A DNA stretch of 63,327 nt, filler included, from Platydemus manokwari (lineage: Eukaryota): NCBI GenBank assembly GCA_037951405.1. It is 6 parts of 6 records of this genome, joined end to end, with 100 filler letters (N's around TTAATTAATTAA, not from the genome) between each part and the next. Parts side by side here need not be neighbours in the genome. Positions count along the whole stretch, not along the records: positions 1 to 9,369 come from JBBMOY011258763.1; positions 9,470 to 18,406 come from JBBMOY011326095.1; 4 more parts are not named here. The stretch is one strand, 5' to 3'. Below are positions 1-11,222 of the stretch, one piece after another. How positions within the stretch are numbered: position 1 is the stretch's first letter; each line of letters begins with the position of its first letter. The notes beneath the pieces were generated by a model. The model saw only the letters and a program-made list of their open reading frames with translations. It did no database searches and was not told the origin of the DNA. A program made the position numbers and the translations under genes.

Positions 1-96
1 TATATATATAAGAATCAGTATCGACAATATTAATCAAATATTAATCGAAATTAAATATTGTTGATCAATACCTTCGGCTTTTATTGGAAATATCAT

Positions 97-262
97 TGTA
101 AACCTCTACTATTTTATAAAGAACGAATTGAAGCGAACTGAAAAGTCACGACACCAAATTATGTATTTTAAATACATTAATTTAAACAAATAAATATATT
201 TTTATACTAAATTAAATCTTTAAAAATTTCAATGCAATTTCAAATGGCATTTCAATCTCAAA
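97..262 (-). mobile_element. Degenerate solo LTR of the TRIM-like family described at 20209-20808
   Basis: Plus strand TGTAAACCTCTACTATTTT...CGAACTGAAAAGTCACGACACCAAATT...TTTAAACAAAT...AATCTCA aligns by eye with LTR 20663-20808. No clear TSD, so the right end is approximate. Confidence 0.7.
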
Positions 263-759
263 ATAGCAGCATAACGAATAATGATATTCATTATATCGAT
301 AAGAATCCGCGAAAATTATAAAACTGATATACTATTTTCTCTTTTTATGCTGTACACATCGGTTATGATAAGCTATAATTCAAGTGGATGATCAATAAAA
401 TCGATCTAAATACAAGATAGATAAATATACATTTTTAAATCTAATGTAAACCAATTATATTTGTTCTTTTTTAAAATATGAAATTCATGTCTTTTAAAGT
501 CATGCCTGACAAGAAGAGATATTTCAAACTTCGATTCTATATTTATCTGAATCATCAGAACCAGTTAATGAAATATCATCGAGTTTTCGTCATTTAGTGC
601 TCATTACAAACGTACATAAATAGCGCGATAAAATTTTGAAAAACATTCTCGTCAACTGATATCGTTTCTGAATTAAGTTTTCTCAATTTCAATTTTTTCA
701 AAGAATTGAAGTCGAAAGCTGCTTTTAATATCCAATCATTGTACGAGTACATGAATCAA

Positions 760-3700
760 TAATACATGCTCAGTTCCAAATAACTCAAAAACGCTGTGGT
801 TTGCAAATAATAATTTTATTATCTTTACAATTAGCCGATTTTAAAAGTCCACCCATCTTAACAGCAAGCGTTAGCACGAATGATTAATAATTTATTCAAA
901 AATCGATAACGTGGGACTGTTGACGGTAATAATAGCAGCAATCACCATTATACTCTGATCATATATGAATGCTATAATTTGATTTAAACATTAAACCCCG
1001 CGTTTCATTCATAGTCCATACAACAATAATAACCAATTATTGGCCTATTTAACAACACGGAACATAATCATAGAAGCTTAACACTAAGCCATAACAAATG
1101 ACGATTTTTGATGACAGAATATGAATTAAAAAAATCGTTTTTAATTTTTAATTATCGATTATTTGTCAACAATAAATTTTATTGATTGCTTATTTTAATT
1201 TCGTGACTCTTGAATTCTTTCTTTGATATTGATTATAACAATCATATAATAAGGGCATTTGTGAGAATTTGAAAATGAATTTGAAAATAGATTACATAAT
1301 CAGGTTTTATATTATAAAACATTGAGTTTGTTTAAATTATCGATATAAACATATTTTGTGTCATGATATTTATTTTTCAATGGGTGGCTGATAAAATAGT
1401 AGTGGCTTACATGAAAACCATGTATTTGATTTCGAGAAATCTGTCTGAAATTAGAGGAATGTAAATATCATCAAAAATTGATTTTTTCACGAGATGTGTT
1501 AACATGTGACTTGACAGAATTTTATCGATTAGTATCTGATGTTTTGTTTAATATTTTATCGAGACAAAAATCAAGATTAGAATTGTATTTATTGAATGGA
1601 AATACTCAAACCGTTTTATCATACATATCGATAAAAATTTCACTTTTAAATTTCATATGGATCTGTACTAGCCAATGAAATTGTTCCAAAGTTTGAGATC
1701 ACCAGTAGATCGGAATCAGTCAAAATTGACGCAACAAATACGACAATATTTTTTATCAAATTATTTATCAGGTTACATGTTTATTAATTTTTACCGTTAA
1801 ATGTTTGAAAATTTATTTGAAAATTTACAAAAACATTTATCGATTATTTATTTCATTAATCATAAAATATCGCCAATTTATTTTCATGTATTTTAGAAAA
1901 TACTCTCGATAAAATATCCAATTCAATTTCACATGGAAAAGAAATTTCAGAAATTTGCATTGGCAGTCGTACTGAACGAGAGAACATTTGAACGAGTTGC
2001 ATATCAAATTCATATTTGATTGCAGATATGCAAAATAAAGATTATGTCAAGCATTCAAACAAATCGAAACACAGATTATACATTAGAAAATAACTAATTT
2101 CGTCATGAATGGGTTTGTTTAAAAAATTATCGAGAAAATCGAGTTAACTTGGGTAATTATTTGATAACCGATAAACTTATTAATTCAATAAATATCGAAT
2201 ATCGAACTTGATTATTTAGCAGTAATAATTTTCGCATTTCTTCCAATTATTTGTCACTTATCGAAATTAAATATCAACTGATATTATTGATTATTATTAT
2301 TATTTATCTTTATAATAACAATTATTATTTTTTTAATTAGAATTAATTATTTATTGATTGATAACTTAACTAATTATTTTCGATAAGCCAAAATTATTCT
2401 ATTGGTTAAAATGTTTAATTAATTAATTTATTATAAAATATAATAATAATTAATATACATATTTAATAATAAATAATAATAAAATATATATTTTCCTGAT
2501 AAACGCCGTGGCATCTCCCCAATTTTCTCTTGTTTAAGTACTTCGATTACGTTCTTCGCAAATGAATTTACCGATAGAGAACATCAATTGATAAATTCAT
2601 CCGATAAATAAAAGTGGATGTTGAGGAAATGTTTGATTTACCATGTAAGATTTGATAATCACAATTCGATATAGAACTGGAGATACAAATGAAAAAAGAC
2701 CCCGTAATACTGAAAATATGAGCGAAGCTGCTACATGACATTGATGAAAATATTGATGAAAAAGAAATTCAGGAAACTGATATTTTATTATTTCCGGTTG
2801 TGACAAAACTTTCCAACACAATGTGTCTCCTTAAAATGACCGATAAAAGTGATATTTTATCTTTTGTTGTTGCGCAACTTATTCGAATTATTTATTTTTC
2901 AATGATCCGTCAATCCAAAGAAACACAGCAATCGGTGCTTAAAGATTCAAATTGTTTGAGGAAATTTAATTTAATATCGTTCGAGTTATTTGGTATTTTG
3001 ATTCTCAAGATTTTTCATTTAAAAATGGGACTAATTGATTTTAAAAATTTTTTGAATTTCGTTGACAAAACCATAACAACCTTCCAATACCAATAAGTGG
3101 AAAATCATATAGGTCACCAATGATAAATCGATCTATTATCACAGAGGTAATTTTAAATTTAAAATTTAAAGTGCTTTTCAGGAAAATATCTATATATTGA
3201 TTTTTGTTTTATTTAATTTAATAAAAACAATTTTAAAAATAATTTATTTTCAAATCAATTTATTGATATAATTATTTTAATTAATGATTTCTTAGGAGAT
3301 ACTTCCATGCTCATAAAATATTTAAAATAGTTTATTGATTCATCATCTTTGAAACTATTTAAAATCGAATGGTTTGATTTGTCGACGGTAAGATCAGTGG
3401 AAACACAGTTTCAAGTTCCGACTGCATTTCTGTCTGCACAAATGACGATCCTATAAATCAACACATCCCGACTGACAAAACAAATAGAAAATCCATGTCT
3501 ATATTGCTTTCGGAAAAATAAATAAATCTCAATCACGAAATTATAGATGGAAGAAGAGATTTATTTGTAAAGTAAATATTTATGGTTATAACCACTGATT
3601 GAGATTAAAACAGAATCGAATCGATTGCTATCAGTTATAAGATAATGAAAATAATTCACTGATAATATATGATATTGATTTTGGAAAATAATAGTCGATA

Positions 3701-4033
3701 TTGATTTGCATGATCTTAGTAAAAATGAGGAGTTTTTTGATTGAGCAATTGACAGCTTCAATAGGTAGCTCATTCCCCTCTCCCTCATTACTGATTACCT
3801 ACCTTCGATAATTTTATTGATTTTCAAATTCAGTTATCAAGCAAGAGTTGATACCTGCTGCAGTTGAATTTTGATTCGAAATCAGAAGGTACCTCATATT
3901 CCTATTCTTTGAATTCTTTTTCTGTGGACTCCACTTTATTCTTCAAAAAGATCTTAATAAAATCTCAGTTTTTACTGATGAAAACTTGGCCTGATAGACT
4001 TTTACAAAAGTAAATTTTTTGAAGTAATAACTA

Positions 4034-4078
<45 letters not shown>

Positions 4079-4472
4079 ATTAATTGACATAATTAAAATC
4101 TTCAATTTTATAAACAATACATAAGTTTATTTTATTCGAACTGTACTTTATCCCTTAATTAAAACGAAGGAAGTTTCTGTATTTAAATTGAAATAAATAA
4201 TAAATTCTGTGAAATACCGATCTTTCATTTTCAAAGATCTCTTACTCCATATTAACATCGTGATATTATCTTTCATTAATTTTGCTATTCATTTCAAAGC
4301 CATCAATTAATTTACCCGTTATTCCAAATAAAGAAACCAGAGGAATAGCAACAGCCTGGAACCACATGACACTATCATGACCAACCGGTGAATTTAATTT
4401 TGTAGGCTTTATTGATAACGAGCAGTTCAAATTACTGGTAGGTGAAGAATGAAGCATTGCAAATGTAGTCAT
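760..4472 (-). pseudogene. Probable decayed rhodopsin-class GPCR (exons 4472-4316, 2829-2642, from 1044 downward)
   Basis: GT-AG junctions are phase-compatible. They join MTTF...NLNCS...VMWFQAVAIPLVSLFGITG|DTLCWKVLSQPE (TM1-like, G-D instead of the GN motif), then a hydrophobic TM2-like stretch ...KSYM|ANNWLLLLY (TM3-like), then IMVIAAIITVNSP (TM4-like). The third exon contains stops and frameshifts. Confidence 0.35.
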
Positions 4473-7463
4473 AACATTGGAATATATCAACGATGGAATT
4501 TATAATTTAAATAATTTATAATGAGATGTCCTTGGAAATAAATAAAATTAATGCTTTAAAACAAACCGAAGGTTATCGATATAATTTTATTAATGATTTT
4601 AAATCTAAAAATGGCTTAAGTTAAGAAATGAGGTCCTTTGACCTACTTTCATAATAATGAATTTTCATGCATAGAATAATTTCATAACTGAATTTTATAA
4701 ATAACTGCTATGTTTGAATTATTCACATAATTCAGTTAATATCTCATTTTTAAGATGTCTAATAGTGTCAAAACATAGTTTTAAAACCAAGTTCCCATTC
4801 TAATCGTAACACTTCTATATGATTATTTGAGTTTTAAATTCAAATTTTTATAATTATAAATCGAGTTAGTTAATTACAGATATGTTTAATAATATCATTG
4901 GTCATTTTTATAAAATAATTATAAACATTTAGAACATCTCTCAGTTTGCTTTTAATGTTAAAAAAGGAGTCTGCTTATTTTCAATAAATTGCAAATTCGA
5001 CTTACTTTTTCATGTTTTCAAATAATCGAATTTTAGGAGATTTTTAAGCTCTAGTCTATTTAAAATTTGATTTCAAACATCTAAAATTCTTCTTAAGTAC
5101 TTGAATATAAAATTCAAAATGTTTTTTAAAGAATATAATTAAATAAACTATATAGAATTTTGCAATACACTCAATAAATTTAAAATTTCATTTCTAGACC
5201 TTTTTTTAACTTTAACCAAATAATGTTCTAACAAAAAGTTATACCGAAAGAGTAGATAAAAAAAATATATAAAGGATAATTTTTCAAAAATCTTTTTAGT
5301 CTGATAAAAACTTATTGGATATCATTAAACTCAGCTGAGACCTTGTAGGCATTGTAATTCAAGTCATCTTTGATCATTATTTAATTAAATCTAAAAATGG
5401 GTTTCAATTACAGATAAGAATTTTGATAATTTCTACTATCAAATTCCAAAGCAACCTAAATGTTCTTTTATGATACATATTATAGAATCTTTGTCACAAA
5501 GGATATCCGAATTACTAATTCAAGAACAAAATAGGAGTGCAATAATTTAACGCTCAATGCTTTAAATAAATATCCGTGACCTTATAATATAATTAAATTA
5601 ATTATGTTTTTGGTTATCTCTGTAGTGACAACCAATTGAAAATATTGAAGTAATTTCCTTGGTTATTCTGTAAATTTTATTATTAAAATTAGATTTAGTC
5701 TTCTAAAATCGTTACGACCAGATAATTCAGAAATCGATCAATAAAATATATGAAGGTAGAAATAGATGAAATAAAGTGGTAAAGTTGGATCAATAATAAC
5801 TTAAGATAGCAAAAACAATGTCGTTAACTGATGATAATCCCATCTTTCAATTGAGCACAGTGGAAATTAAACATTAAAAAGTATTTTTTTTATCGATTAG
5901 GGAGAATTTCAACAAAAAAATAAAATAAATAAATAATATCTTATAAACACAAAATAAGAATACACACCCAGAGATGGCATGATAAAACTGGCATATAGCA
6001 ATCGATTTTGCCATTGTAGCCCTAATAACAATAGACACAGGCTTTATGATATTTAGTAAAATAGATTGTATTATACAGTTCAGTGTCGTTACCGTACATT
6101 GCAGCACATTTGATGTACAAGTTGCGGACCAGTGATCAAACGACCAGTAGTAGATTGTGTTGAGTTTCATAATATTTTTGATCAATTTGTTCGCTAAATA
6201 GAATTGGTGTTTCTTTTTGTCCATATCATAATAAATTGTCGATATTATATATCTGCAGCATCCCACTCCAGTTTCATAAATACCTGCGGTAGGAACCGCA
6301 GCGGATAAGTGGAGATATAATTTTAAAAACTACCCCATTTAGGATTGTCATTACGTGTAATAGTACAAAAGGAATAGCTCTATAATCTGATCATACTTTG
6401 TAAAGATCTGAAAATAATCGTTCTACACTGAATCTGAGTTTATGATAAAGATAAGCCATTCTAAAAAATGACACAATCATTTTATTAAAAGAGAAATTTT
6501 ATTATCCTATATGTGCTTTATTACCGAATACGTTGATCTACTAATTCTCACTCAAACACTCGTTGCTTGAAAAATCCAATCGATATTAAATGTCCTCAAT
6601 TAAAATTTTTCTCCTTCATAAAACACCTTTCATTGTTCATTCATTCGTGATAATTAATTTATCCATTGTCAATATTTTTACAAAAAAGAACTCTTTTCTC
6701 TTCATCTGATGAAATCAATGAGAATCGAGATAGCGAGTCGAAAACAATACTGATTCAAGATTCGTTCATAAATTGTGTTTCAAAAATAGACTATCGATTA
6801 ATTGTATCTCGTAGTCTACGATAATTAAATTATGTTTTAATTGGTGCTGTCGCTAATTGCTAAAAGTAAAAGTATTCAGAAACAATCGAAAGAAAGAGAA
6901 GCCAATGATGCCTTATAGGAGTAAAACGAAAGTGAAATAATCATTGACGGTAGATAATGTGTGGAAAAACTTTATCGCTCTGGTCGAGTGAGGTTTTGTT
7001 AAATTTATGATAACAGAAATGATAGTTAAATGATAGTCTCTCATCGACGATATGTTTTTCTTTTTTATTGCAATTCTCGGGGAATATCAAGACGTTTAGA
7101 GCTATAAAAAAGTTTCAAACAACAATGCGAAAAAGGAAAATTAAACTTTATTGATGATTCTAAATGGTTTCTTTATATGAGGAATAATGGGGATAATGTA
7201 AAATTTTCATCCATATATTAATTTGTTGGTTGCTACCATGTCATGAAGTTCGTTATCTATATTTACAGAACTCCAAAACAATGAAAAATTTCAGAGTCAC
7301 CAAAATACGTCTGCAGGATATTTAAATAAATTGAAGTAATTAAAAATCGTCATAATTAGACGTTAATTAGAAACGTTTCTAATTAGATTATGAGATATAT
7401 AATAATTCGAATTAAGTACATTGTAAAAGAATAAAATGGGGTTAAAATATGTCTGCATGTGTA

Positions 7464-7870
7464 CAAGGTGTTTGAAAAGTAGCTCTCTATTTTAAAATCT
7501 AAAATTAAGTATATATCATGGGGTTTTCGTTAAAATTCCACTCAAGCACCATTTTTTTAAATGATTTCATGAATTACATTAACTCAAAAATAACGTTTCT
7601 AATTTATCCAGCAATTTCTGCTAAAATTGTCGATTTCGTAGAGTGGATTTGTTTTCGACAACCAATTCCAGAGCAAATAATAGTCAGGTATTAAATTGGA
7701 ATTTCGGTCTGGCCACTCACATGAACCACGATGACTCATATTCATATTCAAATAAAATGTTCATTCGACTATTTACGAAAAAATAAATCAAAATTTGGAG
7801 GAGCATCACTCTGAATAAAAATTATGTCATCAATACTCTCCCAACCAATGAGAATTGATCAGCTTTCATC
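7464..7870 (-). mobile_element. Decayed Tc1/mariner transposon end, DD41D (rosa)-like catalytic remnant
   Basis: TA-CAAGGTGTTTGAAAAGT TIR-like end at 7464. The minus strand reads FIQSDAPPN...R.G.CEWPDRNSNLIPDYYLLW, a decayed form of FQQDGAPPH...EWPxRSPDLTPxDFFLW with ~41-residue spacing. Stops and a frameshift are present. Confidence 0.6.
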
Positions 7871-8889
7871 CTGGATCATAATTAATAAGAATAATAAATT
7901 AAATTATTGTGATATTTTCAATCAACTTATTCATTTACAACGTATTTAACTCCACACTCTCTTTATTATCGTGGGCTGAGTCTAGGGTTTTCCATAATAG
8001 ATGTACTTTCGTTCGAAATGAATATGAATGGAGCAAATAAAATATTATATTGATAAATATTCTATCCATATATGGAAATAGAAATAGATCAATGTATTTT
8101 TTTTTAATATTTTTCAAATTATTTTGTTCTTCAATATACAATATTAAAGATTAAAGTTTACGTTCCTAATAACATAAACTAATTCAATTTTAATATGATC
8201 CTTAACGCTGTCATTTCAAATATATTATCGAATTTATTTCTCATTCAACTTTTTTTTTAAAGAAAAGCTTTTCGCAGATTATGAAGCACAAGTAATTCGA
8301 TTGTTTCCAATCTGGTATTAATATATCGAATCATCCAAAACATATTTTATTAATTTTATTGCCTGAAAATCATTATATAAAATTGAAAATCGTGTTTTAT
8401 CATTCCATCTAGATAGTCTTCCACAATCAATTTGATTTTTCAAAAGACTATTTGTGTCTTGGTTTTGAGAAAATTGATTTAAAAAGAAATTTTTTTTTTC
8501 ATTACTACTGATTATAATATTTAAAAAATTATTGAAATAAAGAGATAAATCCATGATTTGTTATTCATATTTCTATTGGTGTGATTGATATGGTGATTTA
8601 TAAACTAATTAATGGCAAAATTTGGAGTTGCCGTTTTAAATATGATGAGGAGTAATGGAAATTTTTATGAAAAAATAAAATTTTAATAAAATTAAAAATA
8701 TTATAAAGGATATATTGATTTGAAACCGAAATACAATTAAAACCGATGTGTCCATGTGGTCACTGGTATCGGGTCTTTGATACACCAGTAAACGATATTC
8801 ATGAATAAATTAAATTAGAATTGTTGGATTCAGAAACGCTTTAAACTCTTTACCTTTCTCAATTGTTATTATAAAATGAATGTTATTGT

Positions 8890-9069
8890 TGTGAGGATTT
8901 TTAAATGATGAAGATGATTTTTAAAAATTTAATGTAAAAGATTTTTTAATCTTGATTTTATTTTAAAAGATATCAATTTGTTTTAAATGATTGAGGTTAA
9001 ATATAATTTTGTGGCGTGATTTTTTAGCTTGTTTTCAATATGTGCTTAATGAAATAGTAGCGACTTGCA
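8890..9069 (+). mobile_element. Degenerate solo LTR of the TRIM-like family
   Basis: Starts TGTGAGGATTTTTAAATG and ends AATAGTAGCGACTTGCA, matching the family termini TGTGAG...TAGTAGCGGCTAACA. TSD not recognisable. Confidence 0.65.
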
Positions 9070-9138
9070 CACCGAGTAGATTACAATGATGCATTTTAAT
9101 ATCACTTAAAATATTGCACGAAATTAATTATTTACTGG

Positions 9139-9152
9139 GTTGCTAAGGCAAC
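9139..9152. promoter_or_regulatory. RFX X-box motif
   Basis: GTTGCTAAGGCAAC is a canonical imperfect palindrome (GTTGCYNNGGYAAC) in otherwise very AT-rich DNA. Target gene unknown. Confidence 0.45.
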
Positions 9153-9291
9153 AATTTTCGATGGAAATTTTCCATATTAATTAAAATAATAAATAAATAA
9201 ATAAAATTAATCTTTAAAATATATTGTGTAAAATATTGTTTATTTTTCAAAGAATAGTAAAACGATTCTACATCAAACAGGAGCTTTGTTT

Positions 9292-9303
9292 GATAATAAT
9301 AAC

Positions 9304-9356
<53 letters not shown>

Positions 9357-9369
9357 TAATAATAATAAT
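9292..9369. repeat. (AAT)n microsatellite running into an assembly gap
   Basis: Directly visible. Similar tracts at 4036-4076, 18336-18406, 30428-30693, 42181-42228 and 53932-54001. Confidence 0.95.
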
Positions 9370-9469
9370 NNNNNNNNNNNNNNNNNNNNNNNNNNNNNNN
9401 NNNNNNNNNNNNNTTAATTAATTAANNNNNNNNNNNNNNNNNNNNNNNNNNNNNNNNNNNNNNNNNNNN
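9370..9469. other. Artificial assembly spacer (44 N + TTAATTAATTAA + 44 N); also at 18407-18506, 28985-29084, 42081-42180, 54002-54101
   Basis: The identical 100-bp structure occurs five times, and TTAATTAATTAA places a stop in all six frames. Confidence 0.97.
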
Positions 9470-11222
9470 TGATACGTACTGTCATGCACACATTTTTCAA
9501 TGTAAATTAATTGTTTTAATCAACTGGTTGGGCCAGAACCCCAACATATTAATAATTATCTCTTTATTATTTTGGAGTTATGTACTCAACAGTAATAACA
9601 TTTATGTGTGATCTAATGGTCATCTTGTTGTAACTATTTTTATTAAATATTATTGCTTTAAGAATTCTTCATTAGAATATAAAAATAATAATATTAAGCA
9701 AAAACCATAATAATTAAGACTGAATTAATAAGTTGATGATTTAATAAGTGTTGCAATAACTGCAGTAGTTGGTAATACAAATATCAGCTCTAATAGCCGA
9801 ATATACAAATATATCAATAGAAAAACAAAATTCGTATAAAAGGACTAATTTTAAAATATCAAAAAGAATATAATAAAAATCCCTAATATAAAATAAAATA
9901 TAATTTAATATAATATTATAGCAAAAATCTTATCCAAGCACAAATAATTCATTTCCGAAGGAAGTAATAATAATCCTAATATGTATTAATTGATAATTAT
10001 CTTGAAAAGGACTAGAACATTACTAAATATCTAAAATAATTAACAATTTCCATCAGAAATCATGAAGCAATTCTTAATCAGTATTAATAGGCTTACAGAG
10101 TTGTCCCAAAATTCGTTACTTGAATCTAGGAGAAGCAACAATTTCAAAGAAACAAGAAAGAAGTTTACAGACATCTGGAAAACTGAATGTATAGCCAATT
10201 TCTTGTTATACACAAGTAAGAGTATTCACTGTAAAATTATTTTTATTTTCCATAGAGAGAGCAAAGCATGTCCATCAAGTATGAACTTTGCACGAATACC
10301 ATGAAAGGATCGTATAAAAGATATTTTTCCGAAAATTGCTAATCGGCTGATATCAGTTTAACGATTATATTAGTGCCACTTGTATAACATTAAAAGTTTA
10401 CTTGATATTTCTACCAAATCGGAATAAGGCTTCATCTCACCATTGTTAAATAATCATTCATTATCAAAGCTTATATAAACATTCTGAATTGCTTGAAGCG
10501 CTTGGTAGTTATTTTGTCATACCTATTTCGTATTTTTTTTTCAAGTAAAGTATGAAATTGTGCTGTTAATTTGTATTTTTGATGAATTTTGAAATTGTGG
10601 TATGAATTCAATGAATAGTATAACTTAAAGTTGGTTTTTAGTTGGTTACTTCATATCAGGTACTTACAGCCAAATAAATCACTACTAGAAACATTATGCA
10701 ATAATTGCATAACAAATATACAAATTATGTGATTTTCCTTTTCCTCTTTCAATGAATAATTAGAGTTCAACATCTTCCTTTACCTTTGAAATGACCCATT
10801 CAAAATCCTGTTATGGTTCTGCCACATGGTCAATCTATCATTTAATTATATTTTATCAGTTTGTCATATTCAATGAATTCTGTATTAGAATAATATATAA
10901 TTTATTTCATTTTCAAAACCAAACTTAGTCAATCATTATATATAATTATGAAATGTGAAACTCGATAACTTGTTAGATTGACTAACCATTTAAGAATATT
11001 ATTGTTACAATTATTGTTAAACTAATTATAAGAAATTATATATGTAGATATTCATTATCAAAAATTTTAAGATTCATAGTAACAAACTCTGTAAAATTAG
11101 AAATTTTTTTAATGTTTGGATTTGTTTTATTTAATTAACAAATATCATCTTTTTTTGTAAGATTCTTTGTTATATGTTAGGATTGTTACAATTATAAATA
11201 TTAACATTGCTTCCCATTATAG

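Noticed and set aside
5950-6310. 130-aa minus ORF with FYHAISGC, faintly like transposon-associated HAxxGCD motifs, plus a 7-bp hairpin at 6284-6301
   Set aside because: A single weak motif lacking the Asp, with no supporting termini.
9414-9425. Recurrent TTAATTAATTAA motif
   Set aside because: Synthetic six-frame-stop linker inside N gaps.
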